Notes under the pieces: generated by a model | What the model was told of the DNA's origin: nothing | Databases searched by the model: none | What the model saw: the letters and a program-made list of their open reading frames with translations, nothing else | Program-made: the position numbers and the translations under genes | Part shown: positions 1 to 6,962 of the stretch, piece after piece | How positions within the stretch are numbered: position 1 is the first letter of the stretch | Layout of the letters: each line of letters opens with the position of its first letter | From: a virus | Taxonomy: Duplodnaviria; Heunggongvirae; Uroviricota; Caudoviricetes | Virus record (IMG/VR): IMGVR_UViG_2541047728_000018 | Direction: 5' to 3' (one strand) | DNA length: 11,200 nucleotides

Positions 1-1242
1 ATGGCGAGAAAAACACACCCATTAACCACAGTGCAGATCAAAGCAGCCAGACCAGCGCAAAAGGAGTACACCCTGCAGGACGGCGGAGGGCTTTTTCTCC
101 TGGTCAAACCGTCTGGATCAAAACTCTGGAGATTTTCCTACTACCGACCATCGGACAAAAAAAGAATATTGCTGAGTTTTGGATCGCTTGAAGATGTTTC
201 CCTGGCTGATGCCAGAAAACGCCGTAGCGAGTACAGGACGTTAATCAGTGCCGGAACTGACCCGCAGGACCACGAGAGGCAAAAAAGAGAGACAGAGGCC
301 CGAAGACAAGGGAACACGTTCGAAAATGTGGCGGCGGCATGGTACCAGGTGAAAATCAGCCAGAATCTGGCCCCCAACACGATTAAAGACATCTGGCGTT
401 CGCTGGATAAATATGTATTCCCGTTCATCGGCAACACGCCAATAGATACCCTCACCGCCCGAAGGTTCGTTGAAGTGCTTACCCCCATCAAGGAGCGCGG
501 CAACCTGGAAACACTCAAGCGGGTTTTACAGCGCGTTAATGAGGTAATGGATTACGCCGCCAACAGTGGGCTGATTGATGCCAATCCGGCTATGAATGTG
601 CGTAAGGCGTTTCCCTCACCTGTAAAAAAACATATGCCAACAATCCGCCCCGAACAGCTGCCGGAGCTTATGCAGGCTTTATCAGTATCGGCAACAGAAC
701 GGCAGACCAGATTACTGATTGAATGGCAGTTACTGACCGTAACCCGTCCCGCCGAAGCGTCATCAACGCGGTGGGATGAAATCAACCTGGACGCGAAGCA
801 ATGGACGATACCTGCCGGACGCATGAAGATGCGCAGGGATCACGTTATCCCGCTTTCCGGTCAGGCTATGGCGGTGCTGGAGGCCATGAAACCAATCAGC
901 CACCACCGCAATTACGTTTTCCCAAGTCTGAAAGACCCACAGCAGCCGATGAACAGCCAGACAGCTAACGCAGCATTGCGGCGTATGGGATTCGCTGGCG
1001 TGCTGGTGTCTCATGGATTACGCGCCATATTCAGCACAGCAGCGAACGAGGAAGGATTCGAGCCGGACGTAATAGAGGCGGCACTTGCCCACGTCGACAC
1101 CAACGAAGTTAGACGGGCATACAACCGGAGCAACTACATAGAAAAACGCATCGTGCTGATGCGCTGGTGGGGCGAATTTGTCGAGGCTGCGGCGACGGGC
1201 GTAACCCTCGCCAGTGGTAAAAGGGGTATCCGAGCCGTGTAG
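1..1242 (+). CDS. int: Tyrosine-type site-specific integrase, P4-like family
   Basis: 413-aa ORF. N-terminal arm-binding-type motif (GGGLFLLVKPSGSKLWRFSYY) typical of P4-family integrases; C-terminal catalytic signature VTRPAEA (Arg), HGLRAIFST (H-x-x-R) and RRAYNRSNY (Tyr). Sits at the element boundary, as expected for an island integrase. Confidence 0.9.
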   Translation: MARKTHPLTTVQIKAARPAQKEYTLQDGGGLFLLVKPSGSKLWRFSYYRPSDKKRILLSFGSLEDVSLADARKRRSEYRTLISAGTDPQDHERQKRETEARRQGNTFENVAAAWYQVKISQNLAPNTIKDIWRSLDKYVFPFIGNTPIDTLTARRFVEVLTPIKERGNLETLKRVLQRVNEVMDYAANSGLIDANPAMNVRKAFPSPVKKHMPTIRPEQLPELMQALSVSATERQTRLLIEWQLLTVTRPAEASSTRWDEINLDAKQWTIPAGRMKMRRDHVIPLSGQAMAVLEAMKPISHHRNYVFPSLKDPQQPMNSQTANAALRRMGFAGVLVSHGLRAIFSTAANEEGFEPDVIEAALAHVDTNEVRRAYNRSNYIEKRIVLMRWWGEFVEAAATGVTLASGKRGIRAV

Positions 1243-1319
1243 CTGTACAGAAAACCAGTAAAAACTACGAAAACCATGTAAAACCGTCGTATAATTGCAT
1301 CAAATTTAACGACAAGGCC

Positions 1320-1571
1320 GTGAAACATGAAACCGTTAAGATGCAAAAAAATATCAGATGCAATTGCGACGGGCTGCAACTGGCCCTGATGGTTCAGCAT
1401 GAATTTTGGTCAACCTACGATCCGGAGGACAGGACGACGGCCCCATCAAAAAAACAGGTAGTAGATTTTCTGGTATCCCGTGGCGCTTCCAGAAATCTGG
1501 CGGTAAGTATTGATAAGGTCGTACGTCCGGCATCTATGAAGATCGGAGGCAGGCCCAAAAAATGGCGGTAA
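1320..1571 (+). CDS. Small hypothetical protein (83 aa), possibly a truncated AlpA/excisionase-like HTH
   Basis: ORF with GTG (1320) or ATG (1341) start, preceded by a perfect TATAAT at 1290-1295 and followed by a strong intrinsic terminator. The C-terminal motif VRPASMKIGGRPKKW resembles the P-x-P-x-K-(L/I)-G-x-R-x-x-x-W wing motif of AlpA/Xis-type proteins. Confidence 0.4.
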   Translation: MKHETVKMQKNIRCNCDGLQLALMVQHEFWSTYDPEDRTTAPSKKQVVDFLVSRGASRNLAVSIDKVVRPASMKIGGRPKKWR

Positions 1572-1581
1572 CAATCCTGGA

Positions 1582-1606
1582 AGCGGCAGAAATGCCGCTT
1601 TTTTTA
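1582..1606 (+). terminator. Rho-independent terminator
   Basis: Stem AGCGGCA / TGCCGCT with GAAA loop, followed by a run of 7 T, immediately after the stop codon at 1569-1571. Confidence 0.7.
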
Positions 1607-1632
1607 TAATTCCATTTCAAATCATCAATATA

Positions 1633-1718
1633 AAAAACGGTGTATACCGTTTAAAAACGGTGGGAACTGTTTTTACCCATATCCGATGATTTACCGTATT
1701 TGTCACCGGAATACACCG
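1633..1718 (+). promoter_or_regulatory. Cluster of dyad symmetries and direct repeats upstream of alpA (candidate operator region)
   Basis: AAAAACGGTG repeated at 1633-1642 and 1653-1662; palindrome ACCGTTT-AA-AAACGGT at 1646-1661; CACCGG-AATA-CACCGG at 1703-1718. Confidence 0.3.
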
Positions 1719-1738
1719 GATTCACAAGGTAAATCACG

Positions 1739-1945
1739 ATGGAAGCAATCAGAAAAATTATCTTTCGCCAGGAAGTAAAAAAAATTATCCACATCAAGGC
1801 AGACAGCACGCTGCAAAGCATGATCAACGCCGGAGAATTTCCGCAGGGTTTTCGCGTTGGTTTACGCCGTCGCGGATGGTATGAGGATGATGTGTTGGCC
1901 TGGCAGAAAGAACGCGAACAGGAAGCACGCGGAACGGCTGCTTAA
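1739..1945 (+). CDS. alpA: AlpA-family phage transcriptional regulator / excisionase-like HTH protein
   Basis: 68-aa ORF; ...LQSMINAGEFPQGFRVGLRRRGWYEDDVLAWQKER matches the AlpA family pattern (helix, then F-P-x-x-x-x-x-G-x-R-x-x-x-W, then acidic tail). Its position after int is typical of P4-like and PICI-like islands. Confidence 0.8.
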   Translation: MEAIRKIIFRQEVKKIIHIKADSTLQSMINAGEFPQGFRVGLRRRGWYEDDVLAWQKEREQEARGTAA

Positions 1946-2327
1946 CGGGTATCACAGATATGACAAACACGAAAAAAGCGGCCCCGATATGGAGCCGCCT
2001 TTCTGAACAATTAACCCGCTGCGCCTTATGTGTATGTGATCCCAAACATAAGCACGGGGATGATAGCCGCTATCAGGCTGGTGGGCAATGCAATCAGTCT
2101 GGTTCAGTGCGTTGCCATAACTGCGAAGTTCTCTCCTTTGATGAGTATTCTTTAAGGTACTTCTCAAGGGCAAAAGAACACGGCGCGAATCGTTCTGATT
2201 CATGCTCTTTCTTTCTGCGTCGTCTTTTTCGTGCAGGTGATGTTTTTTCGGTTGATTCTTCGTTGGTCATTGTGTGCGCCTGTAAAGCAATGCGCCGTAG
2301 TACCTCACACCACGGCGCTGATAGTTT

Positions 2328-2507
2328 TTATCCTTTGGGTTCTATGCCGCGTTGCTGTAATTCTTTGCGGATTATTCGCTTTATCCAGGCAGCAAGAGAA
2401 TCATCGCCGTCCTGTTGTTGTGCCTTTTCCATCTTTTCCCGTAAGTCAGGATCTAAACGGAACTGGAACGGAGGATTACCACGCCTTTCGTTTTTGTGTG
2501 TTGACAC
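2328..2507 (-). CDS. Ribbon-helix-helix (Arc/CopG-like) DNA-binding protein, 59 aa, GTG start
   Basis: Not in the supplied ORF track (59 aa). Minus-strand translation: VSTHKNERRGNPPFQFRLDPDLREKMEKAQQQDGDDSLAAWIKRIIRKELQQRGIEPKG. Beta strand with alternating hydrophobics (FQFRL), helix A, G/D turn and helix B fit the RHH pattern. Strong SD GAGGTG (complement of 2516-2521) 8 nt upstream of the GTG. Confidence 0.45.
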   Translation of the reverse strand: MSTHKNERRGNPPFQFRLDPDLREKMEKAQQQDGDDSLAAWIKRIIRKELQQRGIEPKG

Positions 2508-2528
2508 GTTAATTACACCTCATGTAAT
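2501..2528 (+). promoter_or_regulatory. Candidate rightward sigma70 promoter
   Basis: Consensus -35 TTGACA at 2501-2506; -10-like TGTAAT at 2523-2528 with 16-bp spacer. The palindromic operator lies just downstream. Confidence 0.3.
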
Positions 2529-2536
2529 GTATTTAT

Positions 2537-2557
2537 GTGTAATGACACATTACACAC
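2537..2557. promoter_or_regulatory. Perfect 21-bp palindrome TGTGTAATG-ACA-CATTACACA (candidate operator)
   Basis: Perfect 9-bp arms with 3-bp spacer, in the divergent interval between the minus-strand RHH gene and the rightward small-ORF/primase operon. Confidence 0.45.
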
Positions 2558-2562
2558 AATCA

Positions 2563-2607
2563 ACACAAAAAGCAAAGCCCCGCACTGTAGGAGCAGTAAC
2601 GGGGCTT
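2563..2607 (-). terminator. GC-rich hairpin; terminator-like on the minus strand, or a 5' UTR stem-loop of the rightward transcript
   Basis: Stem AAGCCCCG(c)ACTG ... CAGT(aa)CGGGGCTT (2575-2607). On the minus strand it is followed by TGCTTTTTGTG; on the plus strand there is no T tract. Confidence 0.35.
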
Positions 2608-2636
2608 CTAACCAACAACGTAAACTAGGAGCCGTT

Positions 2637-2834
2637 ATGGTTGCCGTAAATCATATACCACACCTTGTACACACACAAACGGCCTTTGTGTGGCGTTTTC
2701 TGGCACTGAGTGCCGGAGAATCTCAAATCATCCACGTAACCGCCTGGACGGAACGCGAAGCGCGTAGCCGTTGCCCGTCCGGTTGTGTTGCTGTATTTGC
2801 TGCCCGTATTCGCCAGGGGTCACATCATGCGTAA
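2637..2834 (+). CDS. Small protein (65 aa) with FVWRF...TEREAR...ARIRQG-SHA domain; possibly Icd-like (tentative)
   Basis: ATG at 2637 with AGGAG SD 5 nt upstream. The C-terminus is paralogous to the C-terminus of the next ORF. Family assignment is from memory of typical P4-like island annotations, not verified. Confidence 0.5.
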   Translation: MVAVNHIPHLVHTQTAFVWRFLALSAGESQIIHVTAWTEREARSRCPSGCVAVFAARIRQGSHHA

Positions 2835-3291
2835 AAACCGCTTGCAAAAAATTATCACGGGGCTGTATGCTTCCCCCGTCGCCCACATGGCGACCGGGTT
2901 TAGCAGCCTGAATACATCTGGCGGACAGCCGCCCACATCCGATAAGCGGTTTTTTTGTGTCCGTAAACCTACCCATACCCGCATTATGGCGGGGCGTAAC
3001 GGGGGAGCCTTTGTGCTCGCTGGTTTCCAGATGACCAGTCTGCTAACCCTGTTACGTCTCGCCACCATGTTTAGCAGCGTAGTAGCGAGACTCCTTAAAA
3101 TTCATCTGGGAGCCTTTCACATGGCTGTATTCGCACGCCCTTATTTTGTCTGGCGCTTTATGCAGTGCCTGACAGACAGTATTGCAATATTCACCGTTAC
3201 CGCTGCCACTGAGCGCGAAGCACGTGCACAGCTGCCGCACGCACATCTTATTTTTGTCGCCCGTATTCGCCAGGGGGGGAGTCATGCATAA
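2827..3291 (+). CDS. Protein (154 aa) whose C-terminal ~56 aa are paralogous to the preceding small ORF; alternative internal start at 3121
   Basis: Start overlaps the upstream stop in ATGCGTAA (2827-2834). C-terminus FVWRFMQCLTDSIAIFTVTAATEREARAQLPHAHLIFVARIRQGGSHA. ATG at 3121 has a GGGAG SD and would give a 56-aa paralog instead. Confidence 0.35.
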   Translation: MRKNRLQKIITGLYASPVAHMATGFSSLNTSGGQPPTSDKRFFCVRKPTHTRIMAGRNGGAFVLAGFQMTSLLTLLRLATMFSSVVARLLKIHLGAFHMAVFARPYFVWRFMQCLTDSIAIFTVTAATEREARAQLPHAHLIFVARIRQGGSHA

Positions 3292-3511
3292 AATACCCTT
3301 TGATGTTCTTGTTCATTCTGAAAACGCATTAATCCGCGCAAAGGAAATGGACGCATTACTACTTAAGTTAATTGATGTGCCGGAAAGTGGCGATGAATCT
3401 GATTCAATGATGTTTTCTGCCGTGCGTACGCTATTAACGCCTGTTATTAATGAATTAAATACAGTGATGGCAATTCACGAGAATAATAAAGCGCAGCACA
3501 CCGGAGAATAA
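3284..3511 (+). CDS. Hypothetical protein (75 aa)
   Basis: ATG 3284 overlaps the upstream stop in ATGCATAA (same coupling geometry as at 2827); SD GGGGGAG upstream. Acidic, helical-looking sequence. Confidence 0.5.
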   Translation: MHKIPFDVLVHSENALIRAKEMDALLLKLIDVPESGDESDSMMFSAVRTLLTPVINELNTVMAIHENNKAQHTGE

Positions 3512-3516
3512 AAAAC

Positions 3517-3816
3517 ATGAAAAATAAAAATTCTGGCGTTACTGCCAGCGGCCCCGCTCGTCCTGAATTTATGAACGGCGATATTTACCGCGATAAATAT
3601 GGCGGCATGGTAACGATTAAAGGCGTGGCAGAACGGCGCATCACCTACCGTCGTGAAGGCTACGAATATGATTGCGTGATGCCTGTTTATCAGTTTGATC
3701 GTGATTTTTCTCTGGTGCAGGCAGCGCCCCGTAGTGTGCCCACCAGCAGGGAGAAAGCACGCGCCAATATTCAGGAAATAAAAAAGATGCTTAACGTATT
3801 CAGGGGTAAAAAATGA
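3517..3816 (+). CDS. Hypothetical protein (99 aa), translationally coupled to the primase
   Basis: SD GGAGAA upstream; its stop overlaps the primase start in ATGA (3813-3816). Confidence 0.55.
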   Translation: MKNKNSGVTASGPARPEFMNGDIYRDKYGGMVTIKGVAERRITYRREGYEYDCVMPVYQFDRDFSLVQAAPRSVPTSREKARANIQEIKKMLNVFRGKK

Positions 3817-5561
3817 AACTGGCACCGAACGTAAAAAAACAGCCACGCGGAATAAAACACAAAGACACAGAGGTAATTATTTTCGCGGGTAGTGATGCCT
3901 GGTCGCACGCGAAACAATGGCAGGAGCAGGATGGCCCCGCATCCGGCGATAATGTGCCGCCTGTGTGGCTTGGGCCAAATCAGCTTGCCGAACTTGATGC
4001 ACTGAAAATTGTTCCGGATGGAAAAAAACGCGTAAGGCTGTACCAGGCCGGAGAACTGGATTTGGTGGAGACCAAAAAGATTGGTCAGAAGCTGGCGGCG
4101 GCAGATATTCAGGACGCAAATTTTTACCCCGAAGGAATGCACGTCCAGAAGTGTGAAAACTGGCGGCGCTATCTGAATGCTGAGCGTGAAAATATTGCCG
4201 CAGGGCTTACCATGCCGGAGCAGAAAAATACGCAACTGGCACAAATGGCAGACAGTGAGCGCGCGCAGCTGCTTGCCGAGCGCTTTGATGGCGTTTGTGT
4301 GCATCCTGAAAGTGAAATCGTTCACGTATGGCGCGGCGGGGTATGGTGTCCGGTCAGCACAATGGAGCTGAGCCGCGAAATGGTGGCGATCTATTCAGAG
4401 CACAGGGCCACTTTCAGCAAGCGCGTAATCAATAACGCCGTGGAAGCGTTAAAAGTTATTGCCGAACCAATGGGCGAGCCGTCCGGCTATTTGCTGCCGT
4501 TCGCCAATGGTGCGCTTGACCTGAAAACGGGGGAATTTTCCCCGCACACGCCGGAGAACTGGATCACCACGCACAACGGCATTGAGTACACGCCACCAGC
4601 ACCCGGGGAGAACATCCGCGATAACGCGCCAAACTTTCATAAATGGCTTGAGCACGCAGCCGGAAAAGACCCGAGCAAGATGATGCGTATATGTGCCGCG
4701 CTGTACATGATTATGGCGAACCGGTACGACTGGCAGATGTTTATTGAGGCCACCGGAGACGGCGGGAGCGGTAAAAGTACATTCACACACATAGCCAGCC
4801 TTCTGGCAGGGAAACAGAACACGGTAAGCGCTGAAATGACATCGCTTGATGATGCTGGTGGACGTGCGCAGGTTGTCGGGAGTCGTCTTATCGTCCTGGC
4901 TGACCAGCCGAAATATACAGGCGAAGGAACGGGCATCAAGAAAATCACAGGCGGCGACCCCGTGGAAGTTAACCCGAAATATGAAAAGCGTTTCACGGCG
5001 GTAATCAGGGCGGTGGTGCTGGCGACCAACAACAACCCGATGATATTCACCGAACGGGCCGGAGGTGTGGCACGTCGTCGCGTGATTTTCCGTTTCGACA
5101 ATATCGTCAGTGAGGCCGAAAAAGACAGGGAGCTACCGGAAAAGATCGCGGCTGAAATCCCTGTCATTATCCGCCGATTGCTGGCGAACTTTACCGACCC
5201 TGAGAAGGCACGGGCTTTACTACTGGAACAGCGTGACGGTGATGAAGCTCTGGCAATAAAGCAACAGACGGATCCGGTTATTGAGTTTTGCCAGTTCCTG
5301 AATTTTCTGGAGGAAGCACGCGGCCTGATGATGGGCGGCGGTGGCGATTCAGTGAAGTACACGACCAGAAACAGCCTTTACCGCGTCTATCTGGCGTTTA
5401 TGGCGTACGCAGGCAGGAGCAAACCGCTAAACGTAAATGACTTTGGCAAGGCTATGAAGCCAGCCGCGAAAGTTTACGGACATGAATATATTACGCGGAA
5501 AGTTAAGGGAGTAACGCAGACTAACGCAATAACAACAGACGAGTGCGACGCGTTTTTATAA
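3813..5561 (+). CDS. Phage/plasmid primase-helicase, P4 alpha-like (D5_N / primase C-terminal type)
   Basis: 582-aa ORF with Walker A motif GDGGSGKST; overall layout of P4-family primase/helicase C-terminal region; placed between alpA and an iteron origin as in P4-like and PICI replicons. Confidence 0.85.
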   Translation: MKLAPNVKKQPRGIKHKDTEVIIFAGSDAWSHAKQWQEQDGPASGDNVPPVWLGPNQLAELDALKIVPDGKKRVRLYQAGELDLVETKKIGQKLAAADIQDANFYPEGMHVQKCENWRRYLNAERENIAAGLTMPEQKNTQLAQMADSERAQLLAERFDGVCVHPESEIVHVWRGGVWCPVSTMELSREMVAIYSEHRATFSKRVINNAVEALKVIAEPMGEPSGYLLPFANGALDLKTGEFSPHTPENWITTHNGIEYTPPAPGENIRDNAPNFHKWLEHAAGKDPSKMMRICAALYMIMANRYDWQMFIEATGDGGSGKSTFTHIASLLAGKQNTVSAEMTSLDDAGGRAQVVGSRLIVLADQPKYTGEGTGIKKITGGDPVEVNPKYEKRFTAVIRAVVLATNNNPMIFTERAGGVARRRVIFRFDNIVSEAEKDRELPEKIAAEIPVIIRRLLANFTDPEKARALLLEQRDGDEALAIKQQTDPVIEFCQFLNFLEEARGLMMGGGGDSVKYTTRNSLYRVYLAFMAYAGRSKPLNVNDFGKAMKPAAKVYGHEYITRKVKGVTQTNAITTDECDAFL

Positions 5562-5576
5562 TTTTTTGTAATTGCT

Positions 5577-5800
5577 GTCTACCCTGTCTACCTGAGTAAA
5601 GAAAAATACATTTAATTCAGTGCATTAAGTTAGGTAGATAGCTTTTTTTTACTGTCTACCCACTATCTACCCTCTCTACCTGATTTTACCTGAATCAGAC
5701 AGGGAGGTAGATACGGGGTAGATAGTGGATAAAAGCACTCTACCCCGCTGAAAGCCGCGCCATTACTGGCATGAGGGCCACTAAGGTAGATAAGGTAGAC
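5577..5800. repeat. Iteron-type replication origin (about 11 copies of GGTAGAT(A) / (G)TCTACC in both orientations) with a DnaA-box-like site
   Basis: + orientation copies (xTCTACC) at 5577, 5586, 5654, 5665, 5674, 5738; inverted copies (GGTAGAx) at 5633, 5706, 5717, 5785, 5794. AGTGGATAA (8/9 match to DnaA box TGTGGATAA) at about 5724-5732. AT-rich spacer at 5596-5650. Lies immediately downstream of the primase gene. Confidence 0.6.
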
Positions 5801-5849
5801 AAGGGGAGGCACAACTCAAAACTTTTTAAACGAGGGGGTAAAAATAAAT

Positions 5850-6128
5850 ATGCACACTTCAGGGAAATTTAATAAATCACTCAAAAAACGCAGAGACAGA
5901 ACAGAACCGAAATATCGCGCGTTAGATATGACAGAGCACGCTTTAAAGGTGGCAATCAGAACGATAGACCGCCACGCGGGGGAAGGATACGCGAAAGCAC
6001 ATCCCGAACTGATAAGCGCATTCATGACCACGACGGCGGCAAACTTTGCCACGCTGACAGAACGGGAGATTGCCGAAGCGGAACAGGTAACAACCATCAA
6101 CGTTAAAACCGGAGAGGTGGAATCATGA
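5850..6128 (+). CDS. Hypothetical protein (92 aa)
   Basis: SD GAGGGGG upstream; its stop overlaps the ssb start (ATGA at 6125-6128). Confidence 0.5.
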   Translation: MHTSGKFNKSLKKRRDRTEPKYRALDMTEHALKVAIRTIDRHAGEGYAKAHPELISAFMTTTAANFATLTEREIAEAEQVTTINVKTGEVES

Positions 6129-6547
6129 CAGCACAGATAGCAGCTTACGGGCGGCTGGTGGACGACCCGCAGGTAAAACAGACCAGCAAGGGCACACCGA
6201 TGACGCTGGCGCGTATGGCGGTCCCCCTTCCGTGCAGCCAGGCAGATGACGGAACGGCGACGATGTGGTTATCCGTCCTGGCATTTGGCAGACAGGCCGA
6301 AGCACTGGAAAGGCACCGCAAGGGTGAACTCCTGAGCGTGGCGGGTAACATGCAGATCAGCCAGTGGACTGGGCAGAACGGAGAAACGCGGCAGGGCTGG
6401 CAGGTTATCGCAGACAGTGTAATCAGTGCGCGAACGGCGCGACTGGGCGGCAAAAAAGGTCAACAGGGCCAGGCTACTGACGCGCTGAACAGGGCAAAAC
6501 AACAGGCGGGGAATGATGATCCGTACGGGGATAACATACCGTTTTAA
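6125..6547 (+). CDS. ssb: Single-stranded DNA-binding protein (SSB) homolog
   Basis: 140 aa. OB-fold core alignable from memory to E. coli SSB (IAAYGRLVDDPQV..., WLSVLAFGRQAEALERHRKGELLSVAGNMQISQWT...), glycine/glutamine-rich linker, and C-terminal acidic tip ending DDPYGDNIPF (compare the DDDIPF tail of SSB). Confidence 0.75.
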   Translation: MTAQIAAYGRLVDDPQVKQTSKGTPMTLARMAVPLPCSQADDGTATMWLSVLAFGRQAEALERHRKGELLSVAGNMQISQWTGQNGETRQGWQVIADSVISARTARLGGKKGQQGQATDALNRAKQQAGNDDPYGDNIPF

Positions 6548-6563
6548 GCGACGAGTGACAGAA

Positions 6564-6585
6564 GCCGGAGCAATCCGGCTTTTTT
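6564..6585 (+). terminator. Rho-independent terminator after ssb
   Basis: Stem GCCGGA / TCCGGC with GCAA loop, followed by TTTTTT. Confidence 0.65.
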
Positions 6586-6587
6586 AC

Positions 6588-6760
6588 GGGTCCTCCTGGC
6601 GGGGTGGGCCTGAACACGGGGCGGGAGGCGCGGAAAAAAGCGCATTTTTGTGATTTTATCGTCATCATCATCATGAGCGTAATTTATTGTTTTTAATTGT
6701 TTTGATGCAAAAAAGATGATGGTTGTGGTTAATTTTTGTTCGACATCTTTGCAGGCAGAT
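6588..6760 (+). other. Degenerate cos-like site (cosQ-like GGGTCCTCCTGGC, altered cosN, satellite-type cosB-like tract)
   Basis: Paralogous to 9030-9130. cosQ-like box at 6588-6600; cosN-like ACGGGGCGGGAGGCGCGG at 6616-6633 (2-nt deletion plus substitutions relative to the intact copy); downstream GGTTGTGGTTAATTTTTGTTCGACATCTTT resembles GGTGGTGGTTTTGTTGTTTGCTCTATCTTT at 9109-9138. Confidence 0.4.
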
Positions 6761-6766
6761 AAAAAA

Positions 6767-6804
6767 GCCCGATAAGGTCAGAGGTGGCTTATCGGGCTTT
6801 TGCA
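6767..6804. terminator. Strong hairpin (11-bp stem) flanked by an A run and T-rich tail; bidirectional terminator-like
   Basis: AGCCCGATAAG (6767-6777) / CTTATCGGGCT (6789-6799), 11-nt loop, preceded by AAAAAA and followed by TTTGC. Confidence 0.3.
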
Positions 6805-6877
6805 TATGAGGCTTTTTGGTGCACTGACACACATGATCGGGATCATCATTTCATAATTTGCAACACAACTCAATATC

Positions 6878-6927
6878 ATTGCACAAAATGCAATCATGAT
6901 TATAATCAGAGCTGGATGAACATCCAG
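6878..6927 (+). promoter_or_regulatory. Candidate regulated promoter of the capsid operon
   Basis: Perfect -10 TATAAT at 6901-6906 with a weak -35 (TTGCAC at 6879-6884); inverted repeat ATTGCA-N5-TGCAAT at 6878-6894 over the -35 region; perfect palindrome CTGGATG-AA-CATCCAG at 6912-6927 just downstream of the -10. Confidence 0.35.
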
Positions 6928-6962
6928 TTATGATTTTTTAAGTCGAAGAGGAATTTCTTACT

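Noticed and set aside
1960-2628. 222-aa plus-strand ORF
   Set aside because: Cys/Ser/Arg-rich, low-complexity translation with no domain-like pattern; it runs antisense through the better-supported minus-strand RHH gene and across the palindromic operator and hairpin. Most likely a shadow ORF.
2535-2834. Longer 99-aa version of the first small ORF starting at ATG 2535
   Set aside because: That ATG lies inside the palindromic operator and has no ribosome-binding site, whereas ATG 2637 has a near-consensus AGGAG; the shorter ORF was preferred.
3771-5362. Minus-strand ORFs of 184 aa and 241 aa antisense to the primase gene
   Set aside because: Fully embedded antisense to a well-supported CDS; compositions are Ser/Arg/Pro-rich as expected for antisense frames of a GC-rich gene.
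6661-6675. TCATCATCATCATGA short tandem repeat
   Set aside because: Trivial five-unit trinucleotide run within the cos-like relic; no evidence of function.
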